Shown here one piece after another: positions 62,498 through 64,000 of a DNA stretch of 64,000 bases. Source of the DNA: Camelus ferus (lineage: Eukaryota); assembly GCF_009834535.1 (NCBI RefSeq), contig NC_045696.1, positions 29,142,001-29,206,000 on the forward strand, given 5' to 3'. Each line of letters begins with the position of its first letter. Position 1 is the first letter of the stretch. A model generated the notes under the pieces. That model saw nothing but the letters and a program-made list of their open reading frames with translations. It did no database searches and was not told where the DNA came from. A program made the translations under genes and the position numbers.

Positions 62498-64000
62498 CTG
62501 CCTAAACCGGGGTATGGTAATAAGCTCAGACACTGGAAAGACTTCAGTCAAAAGTGAAACAGCACATCTGATTTCAGAAGCAGAACAGTGGAATAATGAA
62601 TAGTGTCAAACCTTTTGGTCCTTAAAACTAGGTTTAGCTTCATCCCCAGGAAAACCAGTGATTGAAAAAGTACTGGATTCCCCTTGTGTTGCTAAAGTTG
62701 AATTTCTTCTTTTTCCCTGAAGCTGCCAAAATAGAAAAATAAGCTCAGAGTAATTGCTAGACTTGGTCTCATAATTATAGGTCTTGTCTGTGCACCTGAA
62801 ATAAGTAACTTTTAACCGAAGAAAGTTTTGCTGAATGCACAACAAAGAACATTATTGTTATTTATAAAATTAAATTATACCTTTGAAAAAAAAACAGTGT
62901 TTTCAAAGTATCGTAATACTAATCTCAAGCATTTCTTAAGCATAGGCCAACCAATCTTGATTATCTCTCTCACTGCTGATTATTTTGAAGCTTCTCTGCA
63001 GTAAAAACAATCTTAAAAGAAATTACTAGGCCCAAGTCTAGGCCCTAATGTTTAAAGGCAAATACAGAAAAGTTTCTCTTTGTAAATGACATCTGTCCTC
63101 TGGCTCATGACCAAAAATCCCTCCCATCTTATCACTGCTGTGGCTATGAAAACACGGACATAAAAGCTAAAACTCACAATAGCATACACCATAATTCTTG
63201 GTCAATATATTTCCAGAATCTGTAGGAATTTGCACTAACCAACAGCTTGTCGGAACTGACTTAGTATGTACATTTAGTGTGTGTGTGTGCGTGTGTGTTC
63301 CAGGCTCAGCTACCGACAGTCATGCCTAATTGGAAATAGGGAGGACTCTAACTAATTCCTTCTGTCATTTGATAAGCCACTCAAGTGCCAAGTAAAGATT
63401 CTCTATGAACCAGGAAATTGGACTCATGGCCCGCTTCTCCTTATAGAATACTTGTGTGCTTCTGTCACGACTCCTCTGCTTGTGCCCCTCAGCTGTCCCT
63501 GCCTCACCACCAGTATTCACCTTAGACTGTTGGGTCCATTCTCATTCTGTCCTTTGTTCTTGTTTGCCATTCACCACAAGAAACACAGAATTCCCATGAA
63601 AACCTCACGTCAAGTCTCCTATCCCAGGCACTGAGAACCATTGAGAATAAAAAGAAAACTAAATAGTAAGGAAAGAGACAGACAGACAGAGAAGCACTTC
63701 TTAAAAGTAAGCAGGCAGAAAGTCAGAGGATGCATCTGGAGTCCTGAGTGTTCACAGGACAGAGGGACAGAGGAAGTGTCTGAGGAACAGAATAACAAGA
63801 AAGACCTAGGATCAATAAATCAAAATAGACTCTCTTTTCCCATCTCCATGTTCTATTTCAGTCTGCACTTGCTTGGGGATAAATAAGCCATTTTCTCTTC
63901 TCTGTACTTAATTTTGTGTTCAGTGGAGTATGTTGAGCTATTTGGAGATCTAGAAAATATTGTTTAGAAAGATGAGTAAAGATGTGTTTTGAAGAACCCT

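Noticed and set aside
1..64000. CRISPR arrays, operons or other prokaryotic systems
   Set aside because: The sequence is mammalian repeat-rich DNA with no regularly spaced repeats or long intact ORFs.

Overview
AT-rich mammalian non-coding DNA, dominated by old and young interspersed repeats. It holds LINE-1 fragments of several ages, L2, MIR, MaLR/ERVL/ERV1 LTRs, hAT MITEs (MER3, MER5-type) and a near full-length but dead Tigger2-type DNA transposon. A tRNA-derived SINE at ~24.5 kb and the young L1 3' ends suggest a camelid genome (inference). I recognise no intact protein-coding gene: the ORF-track entries with recognisable motifs are decayed L1 ORF1/ORF2, pogo/Tigger transposase or retroviral integrase. 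Four structures stand out. (i) A four-level nested insertion at 52-60 kb whose core looks like an L1-retroposed, 5'-truncated ERV read-through transcript with a 14-bp target duplication. (ii) Two apparently templated insertions sitting in TA-containing microsatellites: a perfect 33-bp local copy and an ~825-bp GC-richer foreign segment carrying a MIR. (iii) A 5'-inverted young L1. (iv) A strong minus-strand 3' splice site with a 105-nt AG-exclusion zone at 62.4 kb, suggesting the window may be intronic in a large minus-strand gene. I found no evidence of a new multi-gene system. Repeat subfamily names come from recalled consensus motifs and need RepeatMasker/Dfam confirmation; boundaries without a TSD are approximate.
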